Source of the DNA: Pseudomonas phage PaBG
Sequence record: KF147891.1
Reading direction: 5' to 3' (one strand)
DNA length: 64,000 bases
Below, piece by piece: positions 17,409-27,558 of the stretch. Numbering within the stretch: the first letter of the stretch is position 1; each line of letters opens with the position of its first letter. The translations under genes and the position numbers were made by a program. The notes below the pieces were generated by a model. The model was not told the DNA's origin. It ran no database searches and saw only the letters and a program-made list of their open reading frames with translations.

Positions 17409-18269
17409 ATGTCCAGTTTCGAGCATACTCGCCAGAACGTGACTCAGGCGCTGCGCAACCTGCAAGCCGAAGGCCCGTCCTTCCAAGTCCAGCGCGTCAC
17501 TCCCATCGGCGACAAGTTCGCCCGCATCCTCGGCACCATCACCGCCAGCGCCAGCCCGGAAGCCGTGCGTAACGCCGTCTCCAAGCTCAGCAACAAGGTC
17601 GTGCCTGTTGAGGGCAGCTTCGCAGCCATCGCCTCCAACGGCATCACCCAGACCGTCGAAGGTATCGTCGGTGTGCTGGAGCAGCGTGTAGTTCTCGACG
17701 AGAGCAACGCCAGCGGCTTCACTGCCATTGCCAACACCAACATGTACATGGACTCCGAAGAGCGCCTGTGGAGCCTGAACAAGACCGACGCCGGCGACAT
17801 CCTGATCAAGTCCCACGCGGGCGACGATCTGGAGATCATGAACAGCCTCATGGCCTGTGTCGCTTCCAACAGCGTCGGCATTCAGGAATCCATCCCTGCC
17901 AGTGATCGCGTCGCTCAACAGCGTATCGGTCTGCAAGGTGGTGACCTGATGGCGTATGTCAGCCCGTCGCTCGGTCGTACCGTCATGGGCTTCGCTGTCG
18001 CCAGCGTGGATGACGCTCACGGCAACGACACCGGCCTGCTGGCTGTGATCGACCGCGATGGTAACGTCGAGCAGGTGCACCGTGATCTGGTTATCGCCTC
18101 GGTGGCCAGCAACGACATCGAGTTCGACGACACTACCGAGATGGAAGCCGTCGCTGCTGGGAACTTCTCGCTGGAGTTCATCGCTGACTACTACCGCAAG
18201 ATGTTCATCCGCAGTCCGGAATACTTCGACAAGTTCTGGGCTCGCTTCAAGAGCCACGCTTTCATGTAA
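17409..18269 (+). CDS. hypothetical protein (286 aa)
   Basis: RBS GGAG; no motif. Confidence 0.4.
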   Translation: MSSFEHTRQNVTQALRNLQAEGPSFQVQRVTPIGDKFARILGTITASASPEAVRNAVSKLSNKVVPVEGSFAAIASNGITQTVEGIVGVLEQRVVLDESNASGFTAIANTNMYMDSEERLWSLNKTDAGDILIKSHAGDDLEIMNSLMACVASNSVGIQESIPASDRVAQQRIGLQGGDLMAYVSPSLGRTVMGFAVASVDDAHGNDTGLLAVIDRDGNVEQVHRDLVIASVASNDIEFDDTTEMEAVAAGNFSLEFIADYYRKMFIRSPEYFDKFWARFKSHAFM

Positions 18270-18296
18270 TCTGTGGCGCCATCCAGTAGTGAAGGA

Positions 18297-18322
18297 GGGG
18301 TGCCTTAGGGTGCCCCTTTTTT
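18297..18322 (+). terminator. rho-independent terminator
   Basis: GGGGTGCC tta GGGTGCCCC hairpin (two G-U wobble pairs) followed by TTTTTT. Confidence 0.5.
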
Positions 18323-18333
18323 AGGTCCGCGAT

Positions 18334-19146
18334 ATGCCAAAACTCAAGACGAAAACCAAAGGTGATCGACGCATAGACGTTAGCGGCGTTGACGTTGATG
18401 AGCGCGGTCGCCTCAGAAACAAGGATGTGCCAGATGACGCACGCCGTAGTTCTGGCGTGAAGAAAAAGAAACGCACGGATGACAGGAAGGCAAAACTCGC
18501 AACTCTGTCTGAGGAAGAACCCAAGAAGCGCAAGAAGAAACGCGCTCTGGATGAGGATGAACTTCCGAAGAAGAAAAAGCTGAAACAGGCTACGCTATCC
18601 ACTGAGGAGAAGCGAGCCAAGAAGAAGGACAAGCTGGAGCGAGAGCCCGCAACATCGAAGCAGCTTGCCAAGATGGAGCGACGCAAAGCTAAGCTGCTGG
18701 ACGACCTCGAAACTCTGCCGGTACCATCCGATCACGGAGACGAGTTCGATCACCAGTATCGCGGCATGTTCGATAACCTGCGGACCATCACGGCACTCTT
18801 CGAGGAGAAGATGCTGTCGAATCCAACGGGTCGTGACGTGTACGCCCTCTCCACGCTTTACTCGCAGATGCGAGAGGTGATTGCGGACATCCGTTCCGCG
18901 AAGGACGTAACCTCTCAAATTCATGAGCTGGAGTCCAAGGCCTATTCTTCGTTCCTGACCATGGTTGGCCAGACGTATATCGACACCTTCTTCAAGATGC
19001 AGAAGGACATCCGCATGTACGTCAAGGACACTGATGCCCAGTCGCAGCTCATCGCCTCGTTGCAGGGCGTTTGCAAAGACCAGGCAGACAAAATCCAGAT
19101 CGGTTACGGCGCAATGCTAGACCGTGTCCGTACGGTACTGATGTGA
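18334..19146 (+). CDS. hypothetical highly basic protein (K/R-rich N-terminal 120 aa)
   Basis: Poly-K/R N-terminal segment (KKKKRTDDRKAK ... KKRKKKRALDEDELPKKKKLK) followed by an alpha-helical C-terminal half. Its stop overlaps the HNH start. Confidence 0.4.
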   Translation: MPKLKTKTKGDRRIDVSGVDVDERGRLRNKDVPDDARRSSGVKKKKRTDDRKAKLATLSEEEPKKRKKKRALDEDELPKKKKLKQATLSTEEKRAKKKDKLEREPATSKQLAKMERRKAKLLDDLETLPVPSDHGDEFDHQYRGMFDNLRTITALFEEKMLSNPTGRDVYALSTLYSQMREVIADIRSAKDVTSQIHELESKAYSSFLTMVGQTYIDTFFKMQKDIRMYVKDTDAQSQLIASLQGVCKDQADKIQIGYGAMLDRVRTVLM

Positions 19147-19520
19147 TGAAACGACCCAAGGTCCACAAGTCGAAAGCGCGCCTCGTAACCGGCCCCAAGA
19201 AAGTAGGGACCGTTGCCAAGATACGCCGCACCAAAACGCAAGCGTACGGTGATCGGTGGACCTGGGCTGCGATGTGCGCCGAAGTAAAACGTCGTGCCGG
19301 ACATAAGTGCCAGAAGTGCGGTCGACCCGAATCCGAATACGGACTGCAGGTTGATCACATTGTCGAAGTTTCGCGCGGTGGGCAGACGGCCTTCTACAAC
19401 CTGAGGGCCCTATGTCCCATCTGTCACGCGAACCGACCCAGCCACAAATCCGCCAAGAATCTCATCCTACATGAAGCTAAGAATCGTGACCAACGTCGAG
19501 TTTCCAAGGGACGTAAGTGA
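19146..19520 (+). CDS. HNH endonuclease
   Basis: CQKCGRPE ... LQVDHIVEVSRGGQTAFYNLRALCPICHANR: a classic H-N-H core with flanking CxxC zinc ligands. Confidence 0.7.
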   Translation: MKRPKVHKSKARLVTGPKKVGTVAKIRRTKTQAYGDRWTWAAMCAEVKRRAGHKCQKCGRPESEYGLQVDHIVEVSRGGQTAFYNLRALCPICHANRPSHKSAKNLILHEAKNRDQRRVSKGRK

Positions 19521-19554
19521 AGACTACCGTCCTGTATGGGATGCGTTCCTTAAG

Positions 19555-20154
19555 ATGCGTGCCGTTACTCAGCTTCGGATGTTTGAGAATGCGGAGACGG
19601 CCGTACCGGAATGCTTTCGTTTGTTAATCAACCAGACTGGCGCCAAAGTCAAGCTGCTCCATACTGTAAAAGAGTGTATGCCGCTCGCCAAGCCCATCAA
19701 ACGCCTGAAGGATTTTCTTCGCAAAGGCGACGTGTTGGGTCACATGCGAATCGTGCGGCATTCGCAGTCTATGCGGTACCAAGAAGCTGGCTCTGTTTGC
19801 GCCCTCTATAACCCTGTCTTCCAGGGTATTGTCGTTTTACGGCCGATGCGATTCGACCTGAACTACATGGTCAACCGCATGCAGGGCTTGTTGTTCAAGC
19901 ACGTGCCGTACCAGATCAGCGACAAGATGCCGAACGGCAACCCGAAGAAGCAGAAGAAATTCGGTGCACTGCGCGACGCTGATTATGCGACCGTGCTTAG
20001 TACCACGGACCTCGTCGTCTACATGGCGCGAACCGAGAACGAACTTGTCTTGAAGTACGAAGTCAAGTTGGCAGCCATAGTGCCCCTTTACCAGCGGGTA
20101 GACGTTGCTCTAAAGAGTACATGGCGTAACGCAATCACAGGAGTCTTTGTATGA
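19555..20154 (+). CDS. hypothetical protein (start uncertain)
   Basis: The track ORF begins at 19471 and overlaps the HNH gene by 50 nt. The first ATG past the HNH stop is at 19555. Confidence 0.3.
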   Translation: MRAVTQLRMFENAETAVPECFRLLINQTGAKVKLLHTVKECMPLAKPIKRLKDFLRKGDVLGHMRIVRHSQSMRYQEAGSVCALYNPVFQGIVVLRPMRFDLNYMVNRMQGLLFKHVPYQISDKMPNGNPKKQKKFGALRDADYATVLSTTDLVVYMARTENELVLKYEVKLAAIVPLYQRVDVALKSTWRNAITGVFV

Positions 20155-20531
20155 GCGGCGATATGGACAATGTCCAACAGAAGCTGCAAGAACTTGCCGA
20201 TGGGCAGTCCAGCCCAGGCACCCTACAGATCATCGACAGTCTCAGCCGAGAGTTGGACAGTGCGCGATCTGAACTGCTGTACGAGCGCATGAGCGATGCT
20301 CAGGACGTGACCGACAAGGAGGTGACCGAGTTCAAGCGCAAAGTCTACGCCTCGCTCAAGACGGAGCGGGCCGCCGACCTTGCAATGCTTTACGGTCGCA
20401 AGTTCTTCGAGGCGCATACTCCTGCCGTGTGTCTGGCAGTAGCGCAGGCCCTCGTTACCATCGCAAACGAGCAGAAGGCCAAGACGCCAAAACTTTGGCA
20501 AGACCTTCTGGAATCTCGTGGTCACATTTGA
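20151..20531 (+). CDS. hypothetical protein (126 aa)
   Basis: RBS AGGAG; ATGA overlap with the upstream gene. Confidence 0.35.
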   Translation: MSGDMDNVQQKLQELADGQSSPGTLQIIDSLSRELDSARSELLYERMSDAQDVTDKEVTEFKRKVYASLKTERAADLAMLYGRKFFEAHTPAVCLAVAQALVTIANEQKAKTPKLWQDLLESRGHI

Positions 20532-20540
20532 GGACATATC

Positions 20541-23500
20541 ATGGGCTCTCTGTTTACGCTGAACAGCCTCTCTGCCGCAATCGACGCGGCGGTTGAGGAA
20601 GCATCGAAGACTCCCTTCAAGCGCGAAATCGATGCCATGTACGACGCGCTTGGTGCGTCCCTTTCCGGTGATGCTCCAGAGTACGTTTCGCTGGCTGCCG
20701 GCGCACCCGACCTGGTGAAGTCTTTGCAGCCGGTCTCTCTGGACCCTGAGCTGTATAAGGCTTACAACTCCTTCTTCTACAACAAGCGCCGCGCCTTCCT
20801 GGTCGAACTGTTCGATCAAGTCGCTGACGTTGCCAACTCCGTGAACTGCTTCTTCCTGTTCATGCGGGAAATGCTGCAACAAGGCCGCAGCCTGTTCGCA
20901 GCCGAATCCAATCGTACCGAATGGGATCGTCGCATTCAGGAGCTGGCTGAACGTGCTGTCAAGCAGCGCGATATGCTGCGTCAAGGCGACAAGTCGTCGG
21001 TCAACGAATCGATGTATCGCCTGCTGGGTGCGATGATGCACGGCGACAAGCACTCCATCCGAGCCTCAGAGGTCTACTCTGGCGGTGTCGATGTGATGCT
21101 GGCACGCTCCGCGCGTGACAAGGCACTGATGTGCTCCAACATCCAGTACGGCTATTTCCTGGCGTCCAATACGTCGCAGTTCGGTTATGAGAATGACCGC
21201 ATGCAGGCGTTCATGACAGAGACTTCGCTCAAGGTCAAAGAAGCCGCTCGTGAAATCCTGGAGTACCTGTTCGGCGCCGGCCACGAAGGCAGCAGCTACG
21301 AGCCGTACATGAAGTCGCTCCCGCTGACCACGGACTTCACCGAAATCCAGCGCATCTTCGAGAAGGTTGTGGGCGTCAAGCTGGGCGTCAACTTCTTCCA
21401 CAACATCACCTTCGGCACCGACAGCAAGTCCAAGGCTGAGCAGTTCTGCCGCGCCGTGTTGGTGCTGCACGCAGAGAAGTCGGCCGAAGCTGAACTCTCC
21501 AAGCAGTACAGCCGCGAAATCGCTCGCTCCGACATCGGCCCGGAGGGTTTGCTGTCTGTCGAAGCCCTCGTTAAGCAGCGCGTACAGCAGGACATCACCA
21601 CGGAAGCCGCCCTGCTCAACCGTGTTGTTGGCTCCACAATCGCGTTCACCTTCGACAAGCCCACGGCGCGATTCATCGCACAGGCAGAAGAAACCGAAGA
21701 CCTCAACTTCGCCAACTTCGACTCCTGGTTCAGTCTGTGGAGCACGCAGTTCCTGCGCAAGAAGGGCAGCACTGTCTCCAATGACCTCGTCAAAGGTCGT
21801 GTCAAGCTCGCCAACATCCCGCGCTACGTGCTGCCTGTGTCCAAGCTGGCCCAGATCACCAAGGCGCGTCAACGTCTCGGTATGTCTGTCGAGGCTACCC
21901 GCGCGAACGAAGACGGTCTGTACATCACGCCCCAGGGCACGCTCGCCTATCTGCCGACTGGCGAAGACCGTGACAAGCTGACGGCCATCAACGAGTTCGA
22001 GCGTCTGGGTGCTGCTGTGGCCAAGGTCTGCTCCGACTACGGCATCAACAACAGCATCCTCGCCGAGAGCTACGAGAAGGTTGCCCAGTACGGCATTCCG
22101 CACAGCGTCTACGCTGAGGCAAACGCCAACCTGAAACGCCTGACTGAGTTCCACGACTCCGTGCTGAGCTACGACTGGGACTACGGTCTGCGTGTCTACG
22201 GCTCCGAGCGCCCTGGTCTGGTTCGCTGTGAGGTGCAAATCGGCGCGGTGAAGCCTGATACGCTTACCATCGCTGATTACCTAGGCTATAACATGGCCAA
22301 GGAAGGTGAGGCGCCGTTGCAGAAGACGTTCGCCGACAGTCTGATGTTGATGACGCATGACAACCCGATTGCGTCCGACACGCATCCGCGCGACATCTAC
22401 GGTTCCACCATGGAGCCGGACAAGTTCGTCAAGACCGCCCAGTTCCGTTCGATCTTCGAGACGTATTTCTTCCACGTCTACAAGGGTGAGCTTCCTGGTC
22501 TGCAGGAGCTGGTGAAGCGTGCCATGTCGGAACTCTCCATCGAGAAGCTCGACAAGGAAACTCCGCGCGATCAGGGTCCGCTGTACACTGGTCTGATCAC
22601 CAGTGACGGTACCATGCGCGATGCTGGCCGTAATCAGGAAACTGACATCGAGCTGGCTGAGCGTCTTCTGGCAGCCACTGCGAACGCCACCAGCGGTAAG
22701 AACGGCACTTTCATCGCCCGCGAACTGGGCGAGGATATGCGCGACGCCTCGTACCAGGAAATGCAAGATGCCATTGCCGAGCACGAAGACTTCTTCGTTG
22801 CCGACAAGTCGCCTGCCCACCACTTTGCCCGCCTGTTCAACTTCATCGGCGGTAACGTGTTCAAGCAGATTCTCGACGGCATCAACAGCCTGAGCGTCGA
22901 GCAACTCACCGATGGCTCTCGCAGCCATGAAGTGGTCGAGCGTCTGCCATCTGCCGATGGCGGTCAGCCCATGGACGTGAAGCGCACCATCGTGCGTCCG
23001 AACTCCAATGAGCTGCTGAACACGGTCAAGCCTATCGCCATCATGTTCGGCAAGTACGCGCAGAACTATGAGGCGTTGGAAGCCGAGGCCGAAGAAGCCA
23101 TCAAGTCTATCGAGTACGATCCGGGCGTCGATGTGGAAGACATCCACTTCGCGGGTAGCAAAGAGTCGTTCTCTGTGTTCCCGCACCAGCTGGACACCCA
23201 TCGGTATCTGCGCAAGCCGCAGCCGCCGAAGTTCGCAGTGCTCGACATCAGCCCCGGTGGCGGTAAGACCTCGATCGGCCTCGGCGACATGGCTGCCATC
23301 GTCAAGGATATGCAGGGCTTGGGCAAGAAGATTCGCCCGCTGGTTCTCTGCCCTGATGGTCTGATCCGTAACTGGTGTAATGATATGAAGTCGTTCGCCG
23401 GTGACACCTGGAACATGATCCCGATTGACAAGAACGTGTTCAATCGTTGGGGCGCCGAGCGTCTCCAGCAGGTGATCGAACAGGCTCCGCCGAACACGAT

Positions 23501-26450
23501 CGTGGTTGCTGGTCTGAACTTCCTGCGGAACAACCGCATGTCCATCGTTATCGGCAACGCCGTAATGAACGTGGGCACCAACCTGGAGTTCATCAAGGCA
23601 TTCAAGTTCAACTACATCATCATCGACGAAAGCCACAAGCTCAAGGGCATCAACACCGCCAAGCACAAGGTCACGAAGCAGCTCACCACTGCGTCGTTCG
23701 TGGAGTACCTGCGCATCGCAACTGGTACCCTGATCGCCGACCGTGTGCGTGACATCGAAGGTCAAACGGCTCTGTACTCGCCGCACATCTTCCGTCAGGG
23801 CGAACTGTCCAGCAGCACGGTCACGCAGTCGCTGAACGACGAGCTGAAACTCGGTGACGAAACCGTCCAGTTGTGGAAGGTGAACACGCCGCAACGCGCA
23901 CGGCAACGTCTGTCGCGCTACGCCGCAGTCATCACCAAGAAGAAGAAAGAGTGGGCCTTCATGCTGCCCTCCCCGATCGAAAACTTCTATGGTATCAAGT
24001 TCGTCAACGAGGAAGGTACCGAGCAGGAGATTCGTGAAGGCGAACTGCACCGCCAGCTCTATGATCTGGTAGTGGACGAGTCCGTACAGGCCCTGCAGCA
24101 GTTGCTGTCGAAGGCCAAGGGCCGTGCTGCTGGTGAAGATGATGACGACGATGACGATGGTGACGGTGACGAAGACGCCGAAGGCAACGAAATCGACTTC
24201 GAGATGGACGAAGGGGATGAACTGGCTGCTCTCAGCCAAGCAGACCTCGACGCCTACCTGCAGCGGATCGAGCGCCTGATCATCGCACCCGAGTACGACC
24301 CTCTGTTCGAGCAGGTCTTCGGTGCGTACGGCATCAAGAGCTACACGTCGCGGAAAGCGAAGTTCATCGCCAATCTGGTTGATCGCCATTTCAATCCCAA
24401 GGAGTGGAGTAAGGGCGAAGTGTACACCGAGTACGATCTGGTAACCTTCGAAGGTGACCTGTATCTGGCTCGTAAGTACAACAAGGAATCGACCACTCGC
24501 GACCAACTGCCGCGCGATACCATCGGCAAGGACCCGAAGTCCAACCCGTCGATCTGGAAGAAAGAGCCTGAGGGCAAGGTCATCATCTTCTGCCGCTACA
24601 CCAACTCGGTGAACGCGGTGTACAACGCGCTCGCGCCGAAGTACCAGAAGATGGCGGTCAAGTTCACCGGCGAAGAAGTGGACAAGTGGTCGAACCTGGA
24701 TGCGTTCATCAGTGACCCGAACGTCAAGATCATCGTTGCCAACGAAATGGGTCTGTCGGAAGGTCACAACCTGCAGATGGCCTCGCGCATGATTCGCGTG
24801 GAGTCTCCGTGGGGTCCGGGTGAACTCGACCAGTCGGCTTCGCGTATCTTCCGTCCTGATCCGAAGGGTGCGGCTGCTGGTGAAATCTACCGTGAAGTCG
24901 TGTTCCTGGACTGGGTGCTCGCGGACAACTCGATGGAGGTGGCTAAGCAAGGTCGCTTGATCGCCAAAATCTTCAACAAGACCCGCTTTGACGAGGCCGA
25001 GAACCCGCGCTACGCCGACGTGTTGGCACACAACATGCTGGAAGAAGTCAGCATGTCCTTGGCGACTCTGCAGGAGCGTCCGAGCCTGTATGACTACGAC
25101 GAGTATATCTCGGCGTACAGCCAGCTCAACGGCATCCAGCGTGCCGAGTTCACGCACATGCGGGCGACCATGCCTACCTCGATGCTTGAGGTTCCGCAGA
25201 CCCCTGTTGTTGATGGGGCGCGGTCGATCAACACTCCGTTCGTTTCGTCTCAGGACATTCCTGACCCGAACGGCTGGAAGCCTGTTGTGTTGAAGAAGGT
25301 GCTGCGTGCGGAAGACGGCAAGCAGTATGTCGAAGACCCGGATCGTCTCGTTGGGCAGCCGGTTATTACCGACCGCGGCAACGGCATGATCGTCAGTGTC
25401 AAGACCCGCTACGTTGGTCTGGCGAAAGACGGTGTGGTCAACAAAGACCGTCCGATCAGCTCCGTGTTGGTCAAGCTGAAAGGCAGCAACGAAATCATCA
25501 GCATTGGTGACATGGGCCTGCTGTTCATGCCTACTGCTGCCAGCTCGAAGGTGATCCAGAAAGAGTTTGCTGTCGATCTGGCCTACCGCAAGGCGGACAT
25601 CAAGAAGCAGGAACGCTTGCAGCGCGATCAGGAGCTTCTGGAAGAGCAGGAAGAGAAGGAACGTGTGCGTCGGGAACGTCGCAGCACTCGCCAGGCTCGC
25701 GTGCGTACAACTTCCATCGATGCCGGTGAAAAGCGTAAACGCAACATCAAGGAAGGTAAGCCTGTTAACCAGGGTGTGACCTACACTCCGAACTTGAAGA
25801 TTCCGACTTCGGTGAAGCCGGACGCAGCAGAAGTTGAGGCAACTCCACTGGTGCTGTCGCCTGCTTACTACCACGGGTATCTGACGCTCGAATCCGACAA
25901 CATCGACTACGCCAAGGCGTTGAAGAAGCACGGGTTCAAGCAGATCGGGGAGTACGCTTTCATCGTAGTGTCGCGCCGTAATCAGGCGAACGCTGTGATG
26001 GACTACATCGAGGAGAAGTTCCACCTGTCCGATCAAACGGCCAACCGCCTCGGTGAAGTGTTCGCTGCCTTTGAGAAGGGCAAGCGTGGTTTGTACAATC
26101 TGGAGCTCCTGCCTCAGAACACGCTGCCGCACTTCTTCCAAGTCAGCAAGCGCATGGTAACCGATCGGAAAGAGGCTCGTTTCTTCCCGTTCTTCATGGA
26201 TGACAAGCTGATGATTGCTGTGGACGTTGCTACGTCGCCGATCATCAAGCGCCATATCGGCAAGGAGATTCCGGGTGCAAATACCAAGTGGCAACTGTCA
26301 CCTGGTGCTCTGGTGTGCTTCCTGCAGAACAAGGCTGCCATGAACAGCAAGGTCAAGGAGCTGAAAGACGCTGGCTTCACCATCGCATCGCCTGACGTGC
26401 TCAAGAAGGAGATTGCTGCAATCAACTTCAAGGCATCGAAGAAGAAGTGA
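20541..26450 (+). CDS. giant (1969 aa) protein with a central SNF2-family helicase core
   Basis: RBS GAGGA. Motif I region VLDISPGGGKTSIG (about aa 900). DExH box IIIDESHKLKG. Motif III ATGTLIAD. A long acidic tract DDDDDDDGDGDEDAEGNEIDFEMDEGDE splits the two RecA lobes. C-lobe motifs KVIIFCRYTNSV and LDQSASRIFRP (Q..R..R motif VI). About 880 aa N-terminal and about 500 aa C-terminal have no recognisable motif. Confidence 0.7.
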   Translation: MGSLFTLNSLSAAIDAAVEEASKTPFKREIDAMYDALGASLSGDAPEYVSLAAGAPDLVKSLQPVSLDPELYKAYNSFFYNKRRAFLVELFDQVADVANSVNCFFLFMREMLQQGRSLFAAESNRTEWDRRIQELAERAVKQRDMLRQGDKSSVNESMYRLLGAMMHGDKHSIRASEVYSGGVDVMLARSARDKALMCSNIQYGYFLASNTSQFGYENDRMQAFMTETSLKVKEAAREILEYLFGAGHEGSSYEPYMKSLPLTTDFTEIQRIFEKVVGVKLGVNFFHNITFGTDSKSKAEQFCRAVLVLHAEKSAEAELSKQYSREIARSDIGPEGLLSVEALVKQRVQQDITTEAALLNRVVGSTIAFTFDKPTARFIAQAEETEDLNFANFDSWFSLWSTQFLRKKGSTVSNDLVKGRVKLANIPRYVLPVSKLAQITKARQRLGMSVEATRANEDGLYITPQGTLAYLPTGEDRDKLTAINEFERLGAAVAKVCSDYGINNSILAESYEKVAQYGIPHSVYAEANANLKRLTEFHDSVLSYDWDYGLRVYGSERPGLVRCEVQIGAVKPDTLTIADYLGYNMAKEGEAPLQKTFADSLMLMTHDNPIASDTHPRDIYGSTMEPDKFVKTAQFRSIFETYFFHVYKGELPGLQELVKRAMSELSIEKLDKETPRDQGPLYTGLITSDGTMRDAGRNQETDIELAERLLAATANATSGKNGTFIARELGEDMRDASYQEMQDAIAEHEDFFVADKSPAHHFARLFNFIGGNVFKQILDGINSLSVEQLTDGSRSHEVVERLPSADGGQPMDVKRTIVRPNSNELLNTVKPIAIMFGKYAQNYEALEAEAEEAIKSIEYDPGVDVEDIHFAGSKESFSVFPHQLDTHRYLRKPQPPKFAVLDISPGGGKTSIGLGDMAAIVKDMQGLGKKIRPLVLCPDGLIRNWCNDMKSFAGDTWNMIPIDKNVFNRWGAERLQQVIEQAPPNTIVVAGLNFLRNNRMSIVIGNAVMNVGTNLEFIKAFKFNYIIIDESHKLKGINTAKHKVTKQLTTASFVEYLRIATGTLIADRVRDIEGQTALYSPHIFRQGELSSSTVTQSLNDELKLGDETVQLWKVNTPQRARQRLSRYAAVITKKKKEWAFMLPSPIENFYGIKFVNEEGTEQEIREGELHRQLYDLVVDESVQALQQLLSKAKGRAAGEDDDDDDDGDGDEDAEGNEIDFEMDEGDELAALSQADLDAYLQRIERLIIAPEYDPLFEQVFGAYGIKSYTSRKAKFIANLVDRHFNPKEWSKGEVYTEYDLVTFEGDLYLARKYNKESTTRDQLPRDTIGKDPKSNPSIWKKEPEGKVIIFCRYTNSVNAVYNALAPKYQKMAVKFTGEEVDKWSNLDAFISDPNVKIIVANEMGLSEGHNLQMASRMIRVESPWGPGELDQSASRIFRPDPKGAAAGEIYREVVFLDWVLADNSMEVAKQGRLIAKIFNKTRFDEAENPRYADVLAHNMLEEVSMSLATLQERPSLYDYDEYISAYSQLNGIQRAEFTHMRATMPTSMLEVPQTPVVDGARSINTPFVSSQDIPDPNGWKPVVLKKVLRAEDGKQYVEDPDRLVGQPVITDRGNGMIVSVKTRYVGLAKDGVVNKDRPISSVLVKLKGSNEIISIGDMGLLFMPTAASSKVIQKEFAVDLAYRKADIKKQERLQRDQELLEEQEEKERVRRERRSTRQARVRTTSIDAGEKRKRNIKEGKPVNQGVTYTPNLKIPTSVKPDAAEVEATPLVLSPAYYHGYLTLESDNIDYAKALKKHGFKQIGEYAFIVVSRRNQANAVMDYIEEKFHLSDQTANRLGEVFAAFEKGKRGLYNLELLPQNTLPHFFQVSKRMVTDRKEARFFPFFMDDKLMIAVDVATSPIIKRHIGKEIPGANTKWQLSPGALVCFLQNKAAMNSKVKELKDAGFTIASPDVLKKEIAAINFKASKKK

Positions 26451-26457
26451 TCCACAG

Positions 26458-26477
26458 GTGGGGAGGAAACTCCCCAC
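26458..26477 (+). other. stable hairpin with a GAAA loop immediately 3' of the giant gene
   Basis: GTGGGGAG gaaa CTCCCCAC, with no T-run after it. Candidate RNA processing or stability element rather than a canonical terminator. Confidence 0.3.
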
Positions 26478-26498
26478 TTCCTCAACGAGGGAATCTGA

Positions 26499-27011
26499 AT
26501 GCAAACCAGTAAAGAGAAACTGATGGCGCAGCAATTGGTGCTGTTCCATCTGGGCTTCTACAAAGGCCTGATCGATGGCATTTGGTCGACCGCCACCATC
26601 ACAGCCAAGAAGAAATTCGAGGCCGACATGAGCTTCTTGCCTGCCTATCCGAATCAAGGACTGCCCTTCGGTGAGCGCGACAAGTTGCCCAAGAACATGT
26701 ACTACGCCAACGGTCTCATCAAGCACCGTGAGCTGACGCCTGAACGCGAGAAGGAAATCATGGACGCCATGAAGGCGCGCATGGGTGCTGCCACGCGGGA
26801 AGAGCCGAAGGTCGAAGTCGGTATTACTGAGATCGACGGGGCAGGTCTCGTGGGTCCTGCCGGTGAAGCTGGTCAACCCGGCCCAGACTATCCAGCAGAC
26901 GGACAGCCCAACGCGTTGGCTGGTGCTGCAGGGCAGGAACAGAAGCCTGCACACCAGCAACAGGGCAAGCCACATCATCACGGCCATCGGCCCAAAGATC
27001 AACGGCGGTGA
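26499..27011 (+). CDS. hypothetical protein with a G/P/Q-rich C-terminal tail
   Basis: RBS GAGGG. C-terminus GPAGEAGQPGPDYPADGQPNALAGAAGQEQKPAHQQQGKPHHHGH. Confidence 0.35.
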   Translation: MQTSKEKLMAQQLVLFHLGFYKGLIDGIWSTATITAKKKFEADMSFLPAYPNQGLPFGERDKLPKNMYYANGLIKHRELTPEREKEIMDAMKARMGAATREEPKVEVGITEIDGAGLVGPAGEAGQPGPDYPADGQPNALAGAAGQEQKPAHQQQGKPHHHGHRPKDQRR

Positions 27012-27014
27012 CCT

Positions 27015-27524
27015 ATGAAGCATCCGGCTAAGCTCACTTACGCCGCGCTGCGACTCAATGGTGCCACCCGCCGCTACCTGTTCTGCACAACCCAAGAGAA
27101 GCCACACTTCGGTGACGAGTCTTTCGACTTCTTGGCGTACTTCGGGTTTGGTAGTGGTGAGTTTGAGGGCATGCACCCGCCCGAGTACGACAAGCTGCGC
27201 GTTCGCGTTGTTCAACTGCCGTCGTCTGATGTCGAGTACAACCTGGCCTTCATCGCCAAAACGATGAGCCAGCCGACAGACGAGTTTCGTGGCTTCTACA
27301 CGGAAGACGGCACTACGTTTCACATGCTCATGCCCGATCCCGATGGTGTGTCCCTGACTCATCTTTCGGCGTTCAACTGGCATTACTACACCGCAATCGG
27401 CGGCGACCAGCATACTGCGTTCTCGCACATCAAAGCGATGAACCGCAAGCATGTGCTGTTCGAGACCTACGCGGAGCAAAGTCGCTTGCTGCTCGGCTAC
27501 AGCGAACTCGCCCGTGTGATCTGA
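27015..27524 (+). CDS. hypothetical protein (169 aa)
   Basis: ATG 4 nt after the upstream stop; no motif. Confidence 0.35.
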   Translation: MKHPAKLTYAALRLNGATRRYLFCTTQEKPHFGDESFDFLAYFGFGSGEFEGMHPPEYDKLRVRVVQLPSSDVEYNLAFIAKTMSQPTDEFRGFYTEDGTTFHMLMPDPDGVSLTHLSAFNWHYYTAIGGDQHTAFSHIKAMNRKHVLFETYAEQSRLLLGYSELARVI

Positions 27525-27529
27525 CTATA

Positions 27530-27558
27530 GGCGGCCTTCGGGTCGCCTTTTCTTTTTC
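27530..27558 (+). terminator. rho-independent terminator
   Basis: GGCGGCC ttcg GGTCGCC (TTCG tetraloop) followed by TTTTCTTTTTCC. Confidence 0.55.

Noticed and set aside
18334-19146. Calling the basic 270-aa protein a small terminase subunit because it sits next to an HNH endonuclease.
   Set aside because: The HNH-terminase association is suggestive, but the protein has no recognisable TerS fold features by eye. No large terminase is adjacent.
22281-26294. 1337-aa reverse-strand ORF, antisense to the SNF2 giant gene. Similar long antisense ORFs occur at 2470-3741, 26298-27479, 27589-29178, 31331-32554, 37550-38962, 39508-42813 and 42976-46341.
   Set aside because: High-GC coding DNA produces long stop-free antisense frames. 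The sense-strand genes in each case have clear protein-family signatures: SNF2, PolA, sheath, Ig repeats, ligase. The antisense translations are low-complexity (R/G/A/L/V-rich) with no motifs.
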